Positions 27,035-41,320 are shown, counted from the first letter of the whole stretch. The stretch is DNA of 63,851 nucleotides, filler included, from Octopus bimaculoides (GCF_001194135.2; 4 parts of 4 records of this genome joined end to end with filler, not necessarily neighbours in it); one strand, 5' to 3'. Made by a program: numbers and translations. Notes: generated by a model not told the origin, from the letters alone.

Positions 27035-27336
27035 GATGCATATATATAGGCTATAGGAAGGGGATCTGACTATAAAAACGAAGCCACATGAGATATATAC
27101 GTACACACACTTACGCATACATACACATATCTTTGTATATTCTCGTCTATACCGATATACATATACATTTACATATACATAACTATATATATATGTATAT
27201 ATGTCTGTATATATATATACATATATGTATATATATAAATGTATATATGAGTGTGTGTGTATATATGTATATACATATATATCTATATATACATGTGTGT
27301 GTGCTTGTGCGCGTGCGTGTGTGTGCATGTGTGTGT

Positions 27337-27580
27337 ATGGCGGCGCGTGGCCAAATGAGCGTATTGCACTCACGATCGCCGGATAGTGCGTTCGATTTCT
27401 GGACTGGGCGGGGCGTTGTGTTCTTGAACAAGACACCTCATTTCATATTGTCCCAGTCCACTCAGCTGTTAAATGGTTCAACCTGTAACGGAAGGGCCTC
27501 CTCATCAGGGGCGGTTGTATTGACCTGATCGCCTCCCCAGCGGGGCGGCATCATTTGAAAGCTAAAACAATGCGAAACAC
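27337..27580 (+). mobile_element. tRNA-derived SINE, family 3
   Basis: A-box-like gtggccaaatg and B-box gttcgatttc, then the conserved SINE core gtgttcttgaacaagacac...ccagtccactcagctgt..aaatgg. Confidence 0.75.
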
Positions 27581-27745
27581 ATTGTGACCAACGATATATA
27601 ACAGCACCCGTTAGTGAGATCAATACCGTCATACACCCCACCCCATATATATACATACTTTCCGTATTCCCGAGCGTCATACTAATATATACTTTTGTCA
27701 TTTACACCACCTGTCCTCGTCTGTTGTTATTATTTGTATATTCTC

Positions 27746-27781
<36 letters not shown>

Positions 27782-28188
27782 NNNNNNNNNNNNNNNNNNN
27801 NNNNNNNNNNNNNNNNNNNNNNNNNNNNNNNNNNNNNNNNNNNNNNNNNNNNNNNNNNNNNNNNNNNNNNNNNNNNNNNNNNNNNNNNNNNNNNNNNNNN
27901 NNNNNNNNNNNNNNNNNNNNNNNNNNNNNNNNNNNNNNNNNNNNNNNNNNNNNNNNNNNNNNNNNNNNNNNNNNNNNNNNNNNNNNNNNNNNNNNNNNNN
28001 NNNNNNNNNNNNNNNNNNNNNNNNNNNNNNNNNNNNNNNNNNNNNNNNNNNNNNNNNNNNNNNNNNNNNNNNNNNNNNNNNNNNNNNNNNNNNNNNNNNN
28101 NNNNNNNNNNNNNNNNNNNNNNNNNNNNNNNNNNNNNNNNNNNNNNNNNNNNNNNNNNNNNNNNNNNNNNNNNNNNNNNNNNNNNNNN

Positions 28189-28219
<31 letters not shown>

Positions 28220-28561
28220 CATACATACATACATACATACATACTGTAGCTAGTTGTATATATACTTTGATTCATATGTGCAGAAACCTATGGGCACATG
28301 TTCACACATACACAGATACGTACGTATATATGTAAGTGTTTTGTGTATGTCAGGGCGTGTATGTCTATGTATATGTGTCTCTCTACCTGTTTGTTTTCTG
28401 CCTGTCTATCAGCACACACACACGCGCGCGCGCGCATATATATGTATATATATATATATATAAATATATATATATATATNNNNNNNNNNNNNNNNNNNNN
28501 NNNNNNNNNNNNNNNNNNNNNNNNNNNNNNNNNNNNNNNNNNNNNNNNNNNNNNNNNNNNN

Positions 28562-28593
<32 letters not shown>

Positions 28594-29499
28594 TATGTAT
28601 GTATGTATATATAAGTAAAAGCATTCGTGTGTGTGCGTGCGTACATGTTTGAAATAAACAGGAAGTACATGCCCGAATATCGAATGTACAACGGAGAGGA
28701 TTCTGTGCGTGTTATAGTGAAATGAATCGCTTCCTCGGAGCTGTATAAAAATCTGGTGTAGAGAATGTGGTGGTGTTGGTGTTGGAGGTGGTGATGGTGT
28801 TGAAACGCGTGCCTAAATAGAGAGAGAGCACACGTCATAGAAATTGATGAGTTTGGGGCGAAGATGCTATTGTTTATTTGTGAAAAAAACAGGTCAATTG
28901 TCTTTCTCTATCGTAAAGAACATGCTGTGGGCGATTTGGTTGGGTTTGGCAGTTCTTGACTGAAAAAAAACCCAAATAAATAAAATAAAAATTTAAAAAA
29001 TGGAGGCTTATATTTGTTTGATTTTTAATCACGTGGTCTAGAACAGTGACTCTTGTGGTTGAATTGTAGCCGGACCAACGTTTTCTGACATGCCCCTCCC
29101 CTCGAACTTCTCTGTCAACAACGACATATGTACTTCTCAGTGGTTCTGGTTTGTGTGCAGTTGTTGTCCTATGGGTGTTAAAGACAATTTTTTAATGACA
29201 CAGGCGGCTAATCATTTGACTGGACATGAATGGCAGCGAAGAGAGTGGACATCTTCATCCTGATATAGGAAGGGCAACTAAACTTATACACACACCTACA
29301 AATATTTTCGGGACATTATTCCTTGTTTATTCTGGTAGGTGACTTGTTTGGCATATGAGGCACACGCTGGGGTTTGGGGCCCCTACCGCTGATGTGTGGA
29401 GTGGAGAGGCAGCCTCTTTAACCTGACCGACAGTATCCAAATTATTAGGGAGATCTAAACTTCTCATGCATCAACGTAGAAAAAGGATAAAGACAAGAA

Positions 29500-29579
<80 letters not shown>

Positions 29580-30031
29580 ATATAATTATATTTATTTGTT
29601 GGCCGGGAGTATTATTGACAAATTTTCTGACAAACTGAAATATACTTCCACACATACATACATACACACATATATTCACATATACACACATGCATATACA
29701 TGTCTAATCGCACAGATAAGGGTGTAAAAAGATGTATGTGTGTGTGTGAGTGTGTATATGTATATACATTCGCACGCACGCATTCATTCTTAGAGTTACT
29801 CATACTCATACAAAGATAAATCTACATAGATAAATTTACGTACACATATGCAGACTACTATGTAGATATACGCATATACAGACCTAAGTATCATCAATAT
29901 ATACGTATATATATATGTGTGTGTGTGTGTATGTGTGTGTGTGTGTGTTTACATATTTATAACTACAGATATATGTAACCTCATGCACACAGCCAAACTC
30001 TCACATACACACACAGAGACACACACACACT

Positions 30032-30078
<47 letters not shown>

Positions 30079-30178
30079 NNNNNNNNNNNNNNNNNNNNNN
30101 NNNNNNNNNNNNNNNNNNNNNNTTAATTAATTAANNNNNNNNNNNNNNNNNNNNNNNNNNNNNNNNNNNNNNNNNNNN
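30079..30178. other. Artificial scaffold-join spacer N44-TTAATTAATTAA-N44
   Basis: Exactly 44 N + 12-mer + 44 N (100 bp), identical at three positions. The 12-mer has stop codons in all six frames. Confidence 0.95.
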
Positions 30179-30201
30179 TATATGTATATATATATATATA
30201 T

Positions 30202-30243
<42 letters not shown>

Positions 30244-30244
30244 T

Positions 30245-30643
30245 CAGAATAGAAATTATATCGGGAATTAAAGGGTTTCCGTAAGAGTTTTAAGAGTCTC
30301 GCAGCTATTTCTGGGGGCTTGGTGGTCGGAAATAATGTTTATAACTTGATTCCATCATCGGATAACACCTGCCTCCGTTTTCAGAGAAGAATTTTAAATT
30401 TGAGATGTTGACAACTCCTCTTTCTAATACACTTATTTCTCCACAAATTCATTCCATTTTTAAGCACCATTTTGTCAACACCTCAAATGTAAAATTCTTC
30501 CCTGAAGACGGAAGCTAGTGTTATCCGATGGTGGAATCAAGTTACAATCATTAGTTTGAACCATTAAGCCGCCAGAAACAGCTGTTGGATTCGTAAAACT
30601 CTTTCTCAACGCCTTTAATTCCCGATATCATTTCTATTCTGTG
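30245..30643. mobile_element. Fold-back MITE-like element (~170-bp inverted arms)
   Basis: cagaatagaaattatatcgggaattaaagg / cctttaattcccgatatcatttctattctg and aacttgattccatcatcggataacac / gtgttatccgatggtggaatcaagtt are inverted pairs around a ~60-bp spacer. Confidence 0.8.
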
Positions 30644-32299
30644 TAAGTCGGACTTTTTTATATGTATACATATGTATTTTTTTTTTGTATCAAAAGTATT
30701 TAAGATATTTTTTTGTATATCGACTTGCTTAACTTGCTTGTCCTTACAATTATTCCTCTACCTGCTAAAGTTCAAATCTCTTGAGCACTACAAAGTGTAT
30801 TCTATACAGAAAATACTTGTCTCTAATCTATAAACTATATTATATATATATATATATACATATATATATGTGCATACATATATATACGTACATAGATTAT
30901 ATTTTAAAATGTCCTAAGTCATCATGTGGCAATTTCAATGTGGTTTGAAGCGTATATTTGGGACTAGCATTAACTTTCAAATTTCGGATCTCATCCAATA
31001 TGAATATTTAATTGCTAAAAATAACCAAAACCTCTTGAATTATTTCCTAAAGTTTCGAACAAGGAACTGCAATACTTACGATTTATAACAATTTCAGTTT
31101 GCATAACACTGAAGTTATAGGAAAATATTTCGATTTCTTCCTCCTTTCAGATATATTGATTTGAACGTTAAAACCATGTTTTAGGTTTTCTCTCTACGTC
31201 CATTCCATGATACAGCATTGTCCACAGCTATATTACGGTAAAAACATTAACGATGTTTTCTGTTGACTACGGATCTTAAAGAAATCCCTGTAGACTAAGA
31301 TACAAAGACATGCAAAAGAGACAACGTTACCTTTGTACATGACATGAGCCTTTTAGCCATTGAATTGTGAATATCAGCTGTCATAGAGATTGACATGTGG
31401 CAATATAAAAGCAGCAGTTCCACTTCAATCTGAAGAAAACTCAGAGGCCATATTGTTTGATGTATAAAAATCATATCTCGTGAGAAAACATTATTTTCAA
31501 ACAGAAGGCGACATATTTGCGCTTTCAAAAAAGGAAAGATACAAGGAATGCATGACAATGGAAATGTAAAGAATATAGAAACATTTTGAATGAAATGTAT
31601 TCATCAACATAAAGGGAAATAGTAAATCGAATATTCTTATCTATTACATGTATTTCAAAGAGAAGACAAATAAGTACAACAATCTTTATGTGATTGCTGT
31701 AAGAGAATAACACTCACACAAACATATAGACATCCTTTTACGTTGTCTGTCCAAAAAGAAACCAAACTTCTTAAAGAAAACTTAACTGCTCTACTTACAA
31801 TTCAATTTAATAATGGCAGCCTGCATTTTTACCGGGTTTTGGAACGCGTTCTGGTCCACGATTTCAAGGATCGTATGCAGTTCTCGTAGTGAATTTTCCT
31901 CGATCTCTTCTTTCGTATGAAATCAAATTTTACAGGTGCATTTCAGCTTTGGGTACAAAACAAATGTGTAGAGGTACACAAATCCAGAAACTATATCTGT
32001 AACGAAAGTCGTCCCGTACTTAGCTAAAAAGTCACAGAGGGGAATATCATGCTTTAGCAAATACCATGGCGTAGTGCAATATCCAGGTATTTTCTTTCTT
32101 TGCACTGCCTTTCTTAAGCATCTGTAGACATCCAAGAATATGCGTTTATTTATCACCTGGTCACTTGGACCAAGCATTAAATAACGCACTTGCAATTTTA
32201 GAAAACAAACAATTTCAGCCTCCTATTTTATCGACTTTGATGTGATATTTTGGTCACCTCACAGTGATATGAATTCGCAGTGAGTCCAATTCATAGTGA

Positions 32300-35200
32300 A
32301 AGCTACTTTTTTGATTCAACATGGTAGCCGTACACCTTGCAGTTCATCACCTGTTAGAGCACTTTTTCAAACAGTTTTCATCAGCTAGCAACACTACACT
32401 AACTGTAACTTGGTCTTCTTTTTCATTGTTTGAGAGGAAGTTGTATAATACAGGAAATTTAAATATCAGAGTTTTGCTATATAACTTCCTGGTACATGAA
32501 GAATATTAATGGAATCTGATGATAGCACCCATTCGTCTTGTTTGTTCATTTTATAATAGCATATTAAGTTTCCAGAGAATCTTACTCCTACACACATGTA
32601 TGTGTGCTGTTACATCGGTTTATCAGAGAGTGGAATATAAAGCATGGAGGAGTTTTTAATATTTCAGCGGACCGATATTTTTGTATTTATTTCCTAAATG
32701 TATTTTCCAGTCTCTCTATTTCTGGTATGTAATAGGTATGTTCTGAGCTGCCAGGGGCTACAGATTAATGTATACATCAATCCAACCTTTTCTCATTATT
32801 ATCAATATTGCCGTGTCTTTTAAATGTTCACAATACCCAGGCACTCAGATCTCTTAACAAGTTGTTAACAGTCCCTGAACATGTTTCGAGAAACATGTAT
32901 CTACAGCAGAGCTAAGACTATGTCACAAATGTTATTCAGAGTGTTTAATCGTTTCTGTGTGAAACATTTCGTTGGATTCTCACTTCCATAACAAAAAGCG
33001 TGCGAGGTTGTATTGTTGAGTGACATGTTATTGTCATTTGCCCAGACGTATATGAGACTTTTGAAATACATACTTATCTTGTTTAGCCTTCTTCAGCAAG
33101 GATTTTAATAATTACCGATAATGAACGACTGTATAGTTTTCTCTATGTAAGACAGAATTATAAGGAACTATTAGATAGGGTTCCGTTGTCCTTAAACGAA
33201 TTCATAGCTATAAATTCCCAACCATCTTGCTATGTTGCAGTATTTCTTTAGTGTAATATGAACCTTTTCAGAGGCATTTTTCTTTCTGAAATCAAAATAT
33301 AAACAGCCCAACATTGACCAAATCTTTAGAATTTGGTTTAGGTTTCACTTGATTTAAGTGCAGTAGTTGTTTCTTTTCCGAGATAGAAACTTATACAGGA
33401 CAAGGAAGTTCCTGTGTCAACATTATAGTCGGGTCTCTCATTCTATATATTCACTGTACCGTGACACAGATCTCTTGCATTCCTATAAACAACGTTTTCT
33501 TTCTCTAATTAATTCTCTTCGAGAGCTTTGAAAGAGGAAATTGTGGCATAGGTCTGTAAATCTTTGTTTGTATTCTGCTGTCCCTTTTACAAATTACTTC
33601 TGTCAACATTTCTGTAGGCATTTTGCAACTGCATAGCCCTGAATGGTCAGGTGAATGTGCATCAACAATTCTTATTGATTTGTTGTGATATTATATCTGC
33701 TGCATTGCCATGAAATGTTTTTATCTGGTAGAACATATTGGGTATTCAATCTGCTGATTTTTTTTTTCTTTTAACCTGTAGAAGTTGCATTCGTAATACT
33801 CATTGAGCAGGGGACAAATCCGGGAAGAATTGTTATATACGGCTTCTCTTGACACTGAAGTGGGCTGATATTGTACTTCATACTAAAGACTCGCGAATGG
33901 CGAAAATTGCATTTCAACTTGTCTTATTCCCTTAACCATAAAGAGTTCTTTCCCTAAGTGTTATTCTACAAAGCAATGTGTCAGTGCGGCATCGATGATT
34001 TTAAATTTAATATTCTTTTCTAATTGCATTATTCTGAAAGCTGGATTATTCAGATCTGTAGGAATATTCAACTTCTTTTGCGTCAGGATCCACTTGTCTT
34101 TGGATATAGTATGCTTTTAATTATTTATATTCCTCAGAGAAGGACAATACTTGTCAGTATTAAATTGAGGTGAGCCTTAAGTGCCTTCTTGTCAGCTTTG
34201 AGAAGATCAATATGAGAGAATGGAAATTTTGTACATTTTGAAATTTCTGGTTGAGAAACCTTTTCCACTGCTTTGCATTCATCGAGAACTTAAAAATTGT
34301 ATTGTGAAAGAACGATGGGCTCAGTTCAATAGAGGGTAGTAGGATTGTGTTTTTGGTAGCTATAAGGCCTAAAGTATTATGACTGTGTATGAGATGCTGA
34401 TGTGAATTATTAGTTAATGCATGAAAACAGCTTTCATGCTATTAATGACTGCCAAATTTTTCATTATCTTTACAAATGCGCCTTCAAGATTAAAATTCCT
34501 TGTTGGCAGTTTTATTCTAGTGGATTCATGTCACTGTCTTGGTAGGATGTGCTTGCCAGATGACGTCATCAGGGAAACATTCTATTCTGTTGACAGGACA
34601 AAAATTGATCAACGTACAGAGTAATAGAGAGTATTTAGCAGCACTGATTATAAATAACAACAATAGTGTTGAGAGGAAGTAATGCAAGTGAGAATTCTGC
34701 GTACTAGATATAATTACAGTAGGGTTCCACATGTATTATATAATATATTGAAAATCTTTGTTCTGCCAAGATTATACAAAGAATTCATTTTAAAAGTCTA
34801 AAAACAACATCAACCATTCTAAATTTTCTCTAATCAACATCGGCTGTCGATTGCACAACTGCACAGCATATCACGTCAACTTTGTTAATGCCGGTAATTC
34901 TCTGAGTTGTGTTGATGTCATACTAACGATGTATAGGAGTCATTTAGTAACTAAATTATTTTTTTTAGTTATATATGCTGGGATACAATTATCAACGTTT
35001 CCACTTGTAACGAAAGCTTACTTTGGTTGATTTTTATCATATGAGAAATATTGTTCCTGTAAATTTTGTAAAATTAGTAATGCCAAAGAAATAATTGTGT
35101 GGAAAAGTGTTTTGTGTAATTTACCCACCTAATAAATCGTCTGATTTTCTTGCACTTTCAATATACGAATTTCCCATCTGTTGCTGAGGATTACCTGTAG

Positions 35201-35300
35201 TCCTGTCTATATTTCTCCCAAAAGAACTAAGGACCATTTGCTGAAATAGTTTCTTTTCATTGTCTTGCTTGGTAACAGTAGTAATATTCACGAGAATAAC
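32300..35300 (-). mobile_element. Old, heavily degraded CR1/L2-like LINE ORF2
   Basis: Collinear minus-strand remnants: KLPTRNFNL (endonuclease end, ~34.5 kb), FSHIDLLKADKKALKAHL (~34.2 kb), VYFDFRK..EKV (RT, ~33.29 kb), IYVWANDNNMSLN (~33.05 kb), EIERLEN (~32.72 kb) and KFPVLYNFL (~32.45 kb). Many stops and frameshifts; boundaries are approximate. Confidence 0.5.
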
Positions 35301-36428
35301 ATGGTTATACATGCTAGCATTCTTTAGGTCCAGTTTTCTGGATTACAATATTGCTGCTTCCAAGGCCGGCTTTCTGTTTCCGAGTAATTTGAGATTTATA
35401 CTTTCGACAATAATCTAAAACTACAACTGTCCTCCATCGAGTTTTTAATATATTGCTTTGCCCAAACTACTATGAAGTCAAATTGTTTAGGAAAGTGTTC
35501 TAAGGTTTGAGGAAACTAGTCCTGAAATTTTGTTGAGTATTACTTGCATGTTAGAAACTGACATCACGCAAAAAGCCCATTTACTGGTTTCATGTAAACC
35601 TCCTTCAGACAATTTCTCCAGTTCTCATTGTCATTACAATCTGTGATAAACAGGAATAGTTCGTGAAATATGAAGTTTGAGAAACCATACATTCTGACGA
35701 AGTCTTAAATACAGCAGCAACGACTTTCAAACCTACGTGAATAAAGTTTGTATTCAGAGGAAACTAAATTATACTCGATATTCTGGTATACAGAAATAAG
35801 TCTATATGTCACTAGAGCTGATTAAACTGGTGTAGTGATTAATCATAATGGAAACCACGTACGAAGATTTTCCAATTCGATATCAAGGAGAGAATTTACC
35901 CATCACATGATACACTACCTTATTAAAACAAAATGTAATCACAATTGATCGCAATTGAGGATATAACTTGCGAAAGTTCAAGTAGAGTACATGGACATTA
36001 AAGTGAACTGGATTCAATTGAAGAATCTCTATAATTGATAACAATATCAACTTAGATCATATCACTTCCGGCTATGTACGTACATGACCTTTAATACTTC
36101 TTATTCCCCTTTGATAAATATACACGTTCAATGAAATTAAGCATGTTTTACTAAACGACACTTTATCTACGTAACAAGTCTTCTGGGTAGAGAAATCTCA
36201 ATTTACAATTAAGCTTAAGGGCGCCTCACTGTCGAGTGAAGAAAAATTGGATATTTTAAAATCAAAGTCTTGGAAGTGCCGAACAGTAAATGTTGAAGAC
36301 GTTTGAAATCTAGTATGACGCGGATTTAGCTGGAGCTGATATAGAATTGGTTAGTTCTAGGGATCAGAAGCTGTTGTCTTAACTATAATAGAGGTAAATA
36401 TGGTACAACCGAACTACCAGACATAGAT

Positions 36429-36830
36429 TGTAATATATTTCTGTTGTGTCGACGCCCCCAGGCGAAGAGGTAGGATCTCCCAGGACATATAAATAGAGGT
36501 AGTCTGGCCGCGGTAGAAGTGTTGAGTAGCAGTTGTTTAGCGGTTGAGTAGAGATCATCCGAAGGTACTAGAGAGCAGTAGCTCGAGACATAGCAATTTC
36601 AAACTTCAATCTCGCTCATTTGTTAGATCACTTTGGTGTGAATTCTCCTTAGAATGTTTGTATTTCAAGTTGTTAAATGTATGTTTATTCTATACTGTAT
36701 GAGCTATTTTTCCTTTTGTAAGTGGTTAACAGCTATTAAAATATAAACGCAGTAAGATTTCATAAAGTTAATATTTGTGAAATGAACAACCTAGATAGAC
36801 TGGGATAATCACAGTAATTAGTAGACACAA
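36429..36830 (+). mobile_element. Possible solo LTR
   Basis: Starts TGT, has a TATA-like catataaatagagg, a purine-rich middle and an AT-rich polyA-like region. No TSD or second copy was found. Confidence 0.25.
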
Positions 36831-37049
36831 ATATCTAGTGTTATTTCAAATGTCAAAAATACCGAAAAACGCAAATAACATTAATAATATCGGTTGATCA
36901 ACATTTTTAGACAATCTAGACGATGTATATCGGAGCGAATACGGTCTTATAAACTAGCTGATGAAAGCAACAGACATGCTCCAGTCTTATTAGACTTCTG
37001 CAGCCTAAAATATTCCGTTGACAAGTGAGATGAGTCTATTTCAATGTAT

Positions 37050-37612
37050 GTATGTTTATGTATGTATGTCATTATTCAATTTTATTTCAAGATTTCTTGC
37101 CAATAAAGAGCCGGTTTCTAGTATGTATGTATGTATGTATGTATGCATGTATGTATGTACGTATGTATTCATGCATGTATGTATGTATACGTAGAGTTGT
37201 ATGTTTTGTTTTATGTGTGTCTTCTCATGCATACACTTGCATGTCTAGACATTCTCATATACACTTTTGCACTCATATACAAGTTTTACAGATTTTTACA
37301 GTTTCAATGGTGACTTAGAGCTGTAGTCTTCGAATCAGCTTTCTGGTTTTAATAAGCCTAATTTCTCAGGGTTGATATTTCGGCAGTGGGTTACATACCC
37401 CAGTGCCCCAATAATTACAGGTATAAAACCTCAGCTTGCAACCTGGATAGAGTATCTGTAGATTCCTCAATAGTTCAGCGTAGGTAATTTCTTTTTCGCT
37501 GATCTTTTAGTTTTATGTTAACATCCCTTGGGCAGCTGATTTTCACAACTATACACAGTTTCCCTTCTCTATCCTAAATTACTATGTCAGGTATATAAAC
37601 CTTACATTTCAT
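37050..37612 (-). mobile_element. 5'-truncated R4-like LINE (RLE domain + 3'UTR) in a (TACA)n tract
   Basis: Minus frame KCKVYIPDIVI*DREGKLCIVVKISCPRDVNIKLK (PD..D/E motif), then IPVIIGALGYVTH. The 3'UTR matches the copies at 44.8 and 46.8 kb. (TACA)n lies at both junctions. Confidence 0.85.
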
Positions 37613-38568
37613 TGGTATGTATGTATGTATGTAAGGAAATAGCATGAGTTTGATTTTGAATATCAGCAAAATATGACCGAGAGTAAAAACTTTAAAGAGC
37701 GTTCTACATACTAAATACAGTAGAGTTAGAGTTTCACATGTACAATATGTCTTGAAACAAACCTTAATCAACAGGTATTTCTGAAGAGGTACAGTCGATT
37801 ATATTTATCCAGGTACTTTATAATTTCTTATTTTATTGGTCCTTGGGTGGTTTCAATCAGCCTGGACACCGACAGAATAAGAACTCAGCATGTAAATGGA
37901 CTTAACTAAATACTACAAGACATTTTCTCTGAAGCTCTAAGCATCCTGAAAATTACTCATCTTATTATCGGCTTGTCAGAAAATATTGTCTGCTTTTCTT
38001 TTTTAAATATTCTTTGTCTTCCTATTGAACATCCAACTTTTGAAAGAGTATTCTTATAAGAGGCCCCATTAAAAAATAAACTGAAGAGTCGTTTATTTTC
38101 ATTTCAATATTGCATGTCTTTCATTTTATTTATTTCCCGAAGATTTGTTTTTTGTTTGTTTGGGGGTGGGGGGCGTTTTCTCAGCCATCAAATATCGGCT
38201 TCAATTTCCTATCAGAGTCTTTATTTACTGTGTCAATGTTGGATTTCACAATTGATTTTCAATCAGGAACTCGCCAAATTATTCACTATTCTACTCAAAC
38301 ACAAGTATATTTCTATAGTCTAGCTTAGCATCCAACTAAACTCGTGATTCGAAGAATTCCAGGTTCGTTATATATTTGTTTCATCTTGCTTTTTTTTGTT
38401 TTTGTATTTGTCTTTGTAACCGTTTTGATCGATGCAAATGTATTTAGTTTAGAGATTTTAGTTGTTGTTGTTGGTGCGGTTGTTATTGTTGTATTCTTCT
38501 ACCTTTGTATTCTACAAACACAATATCAAGTCGATTCTCTTCATTATCTGCTTCTTTTCTGTCAATAG

Positions 38569-38661
38569 ATTAACAGTTTATGGAGATGTTGATAGCAAAC
38601 TTCCATTTTCTTTTGAATATTACGTCAGAGGGAATAGAGATTTCTCATACAATGTCTTTCT
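38569..38661 (+). CDS. Candidate exon (LTVYGDVDSKLPFSFEYYVRGNRDFSYNVF)
   Basis: Strong acceptor tctgcttcttttctgtcaatag and donor ct|gtatgt. Open frame, phase 2 to 2, which does not join directly to the 39234 exon. Confidence 0.3.
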
Positions 38662-39042
38662 GTATGTTTGTCACCAACCCCTCCTTTTTCCTCAATAGGC
38701 TACAGTCATTTATCAAAATACAAAATAGATTCTATTCATTAATTGTAACATTTAACATTCCTATACGACATTTTAAATCATTAAGACTATTTTCCACATA
38801 CAAAAACCTTTTATTTTGTTTTCAATGTATAATTTCCTCTGTATCCAAATATGTTCACACACATGTACACACAGACACACATTATATACGTTTATATGTG
38901 TGTGCACATGTATATTTATGTGTGTATAAGATTATGTATGTCATTTATGTATATAACCTTATACTTTGTAAATATATTTGTTTAATCTATTTATATATGT
39001 GTACCTGTGTCTGTTTTGTATGTATGCGTGCCTGTACTGCTG

Positions 39043-39145
<103 letters not shown>

Positions 39146-39233
39146 TGTGTGTGTGCGCGCGCGTTTATATGATTTTTCTCTTTCCTAACGGACTGCACAT
39201 ACCTTCTAGTTTATTTTTGTTTCTTTCATTCAG

Positions 39234-39304
39234 AAGCAATGTGGAATCCAATTAGAAGTTTAATAGACTTTATGCCTTCACCAGAGAAGATGGAGTCATT
39301 AAAT
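39234..39304 (+). CDS. Candidate host-gene exon 1 of six-exon chain (AMWNPIRSLIDFMPSPEKMESLN)
   Basis: Acceptor tttgtttctttcattcag and donor AAT|GTGAGT. Only one frame is open; possible start ATG at 39239. Confidence 0.5.
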
Positions 39305-40831
39305 GTGAGTATTTTGATTTGTTTGTTAATTTACTTTTAAATAAAACTTGTTTTTAAGAAAATACCTAACGTCAACTTCGTCTTACATAAATGCGTGTGT
39401 GTGCGTCAATGTGCGTGTGTGAGTTTGTGTGTATGTGCGTGATAGAAAATAGAGAGAGAAAAAGAGAGACACAGCGTCTGTATGCACGTGTGTGTGTGTT
39501 AACTTTTGTGTGATGCGCTTAGACTGCGGCTATTAGCAAAATACCTGTCACTTATTTTTTAGTCGATTTCCGGTTAATTCACGCCTGACTTTTTGTTTAA
39601 GATATATTGAATAAAACATTTTAAATCTTATAACTTAACAATAGGATACAGTTTAGAACAGAGTAAATATCTTCCCATGTTTTGTTGTTGCTGTTTCATT
39701 TCTTTTTTTTTTTGCCTTTAAACATAATGTAATGTTCTATATATGCATATAGATGAAAATACATACTCACACACACGAATATATATGTGTGTGTACACAT
39801 AATATGCATATATATAAATATGTANNNNNNNNNNNNNNNNNNNNNNNNNNNNNNNNNNNNNNNNNNNNNNNNNNNNNNNNNNNNNNNNNNNNNNNNNNNN
39901 NNNNNNNNNNNNNNNNNNGTATATATATATATATCGATATATATATATATATATATACATAATATGCATATATATAAATGATATATATGTACACACATAC
40001 ATATACATATACATACTTACATGCACGCATACTTATATGCGTGAATGTGTGTGTGTGCATGTTTGTAGTATGTATATGCGTGTGTACACAGCTTAATATA
40101 AATATACATATAAAGAGAGTCAGACAGACAGACAGACAGACAGACAGGTAGAAGCAAAAGAGGGAAAGCGAATTAAATTGGATGAACGGATAAAATATTT
40201 GACTATAACGCCCATCAATCGAAATTTCGAATTTCATTGTAGCTTTTCGGTGTCAACTTGGATGTAATAAAGTATTTTACATAAATCAACTTAGTTCTAT
40301 GAATGAGGAATTCATAGTCGATGTTCACCTTGGATTTCTGCTTCGACTTCAGATTATGAATTGAGTGTGACAAGGGATAAAGATGACGGATAGGAAAAAA
40401 TATTAAATGCGTGATCTGGCTGCTGAATTAGATTACTGATCAGAAGAGAGGGAGAAATTTAAATGCGTTCGTTGGTCTTAAGTGGACGTCATATGCGTAC
40501 GAAAGGTGTAGCGTCTGTTGTTCAGCAGAAGTACGCATGTTTGCTGAAAAACATTGAAGACTGGGGTCTTCTCATGGTTATGGTTTAAATTGAGTGTATC
40601 TATGGCAGTAGCGATGACTGTATATGTGATTAGTGCCCCCCACCCCCGATATAAGTCCCTTTTCTAAGGTGTTCAGGAATTAAGCAAGACAGAAGTAATT
40701 TGTGACCGTACAGAGCAATCCAAATTTTTGGTATGGCGGTTTCATGACTGTAAATACATATTTAAAAACATGGTACGTGTGTGTGTACACACACAGATAC
40801 ATATACATATATACTTACATGCATGCATACT

Positions 40832-40885
<54 letters not shown>

Positions 40886-40948
40886 TGCATGTTTGTAGTA
40901 TATACATGCGTGTGTATATAGCTTAATATAAACATATATATATATAAA

Positions 40949-40978
<30 letters not shown>

Positions 40979-40983
<5 letters not shown>

Positions 40984-41320
40984 TGTACGTTTAAACACCA
41001 CATAAGAGATGACCATAATAAGACATGTAACCCGCTAAAAGGAGTGGTTAAAATCCAAACCACTATTTGGGGTAATCTCGAAAGGGAATGAAAAATAAAA
41101 AACATATATTTCCTGTACCATAGTTTCAGGCTATCTTCAGCAAATAAAATAATTTGCTGAAGATAGCTTGAAACCATGGTACAGGAAAAAGATGGTAAAT
41201 GTTTTTATTTCTCATTCCCTTTCGAAATTACCCCTAATAGTGGTTTGAATTTTAACTACTCCTTCTAGCGAGTTGGATGTCCTATTATGGCCGTCTCATA
41301 TGTGTTTAAACGTACACTGT
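40979..41320. mobile_element. Near-perfect fold-back MITE inserted in (TA)n
   Basis: Termini tacagtgtacgtttaaacac / gtgtttaaacgtacactgta; centre gctatcttcagcaaat-aaaata-atttgctgaagatagc. ~165-bp arms with TA at both ends. Confidence 0.88.
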
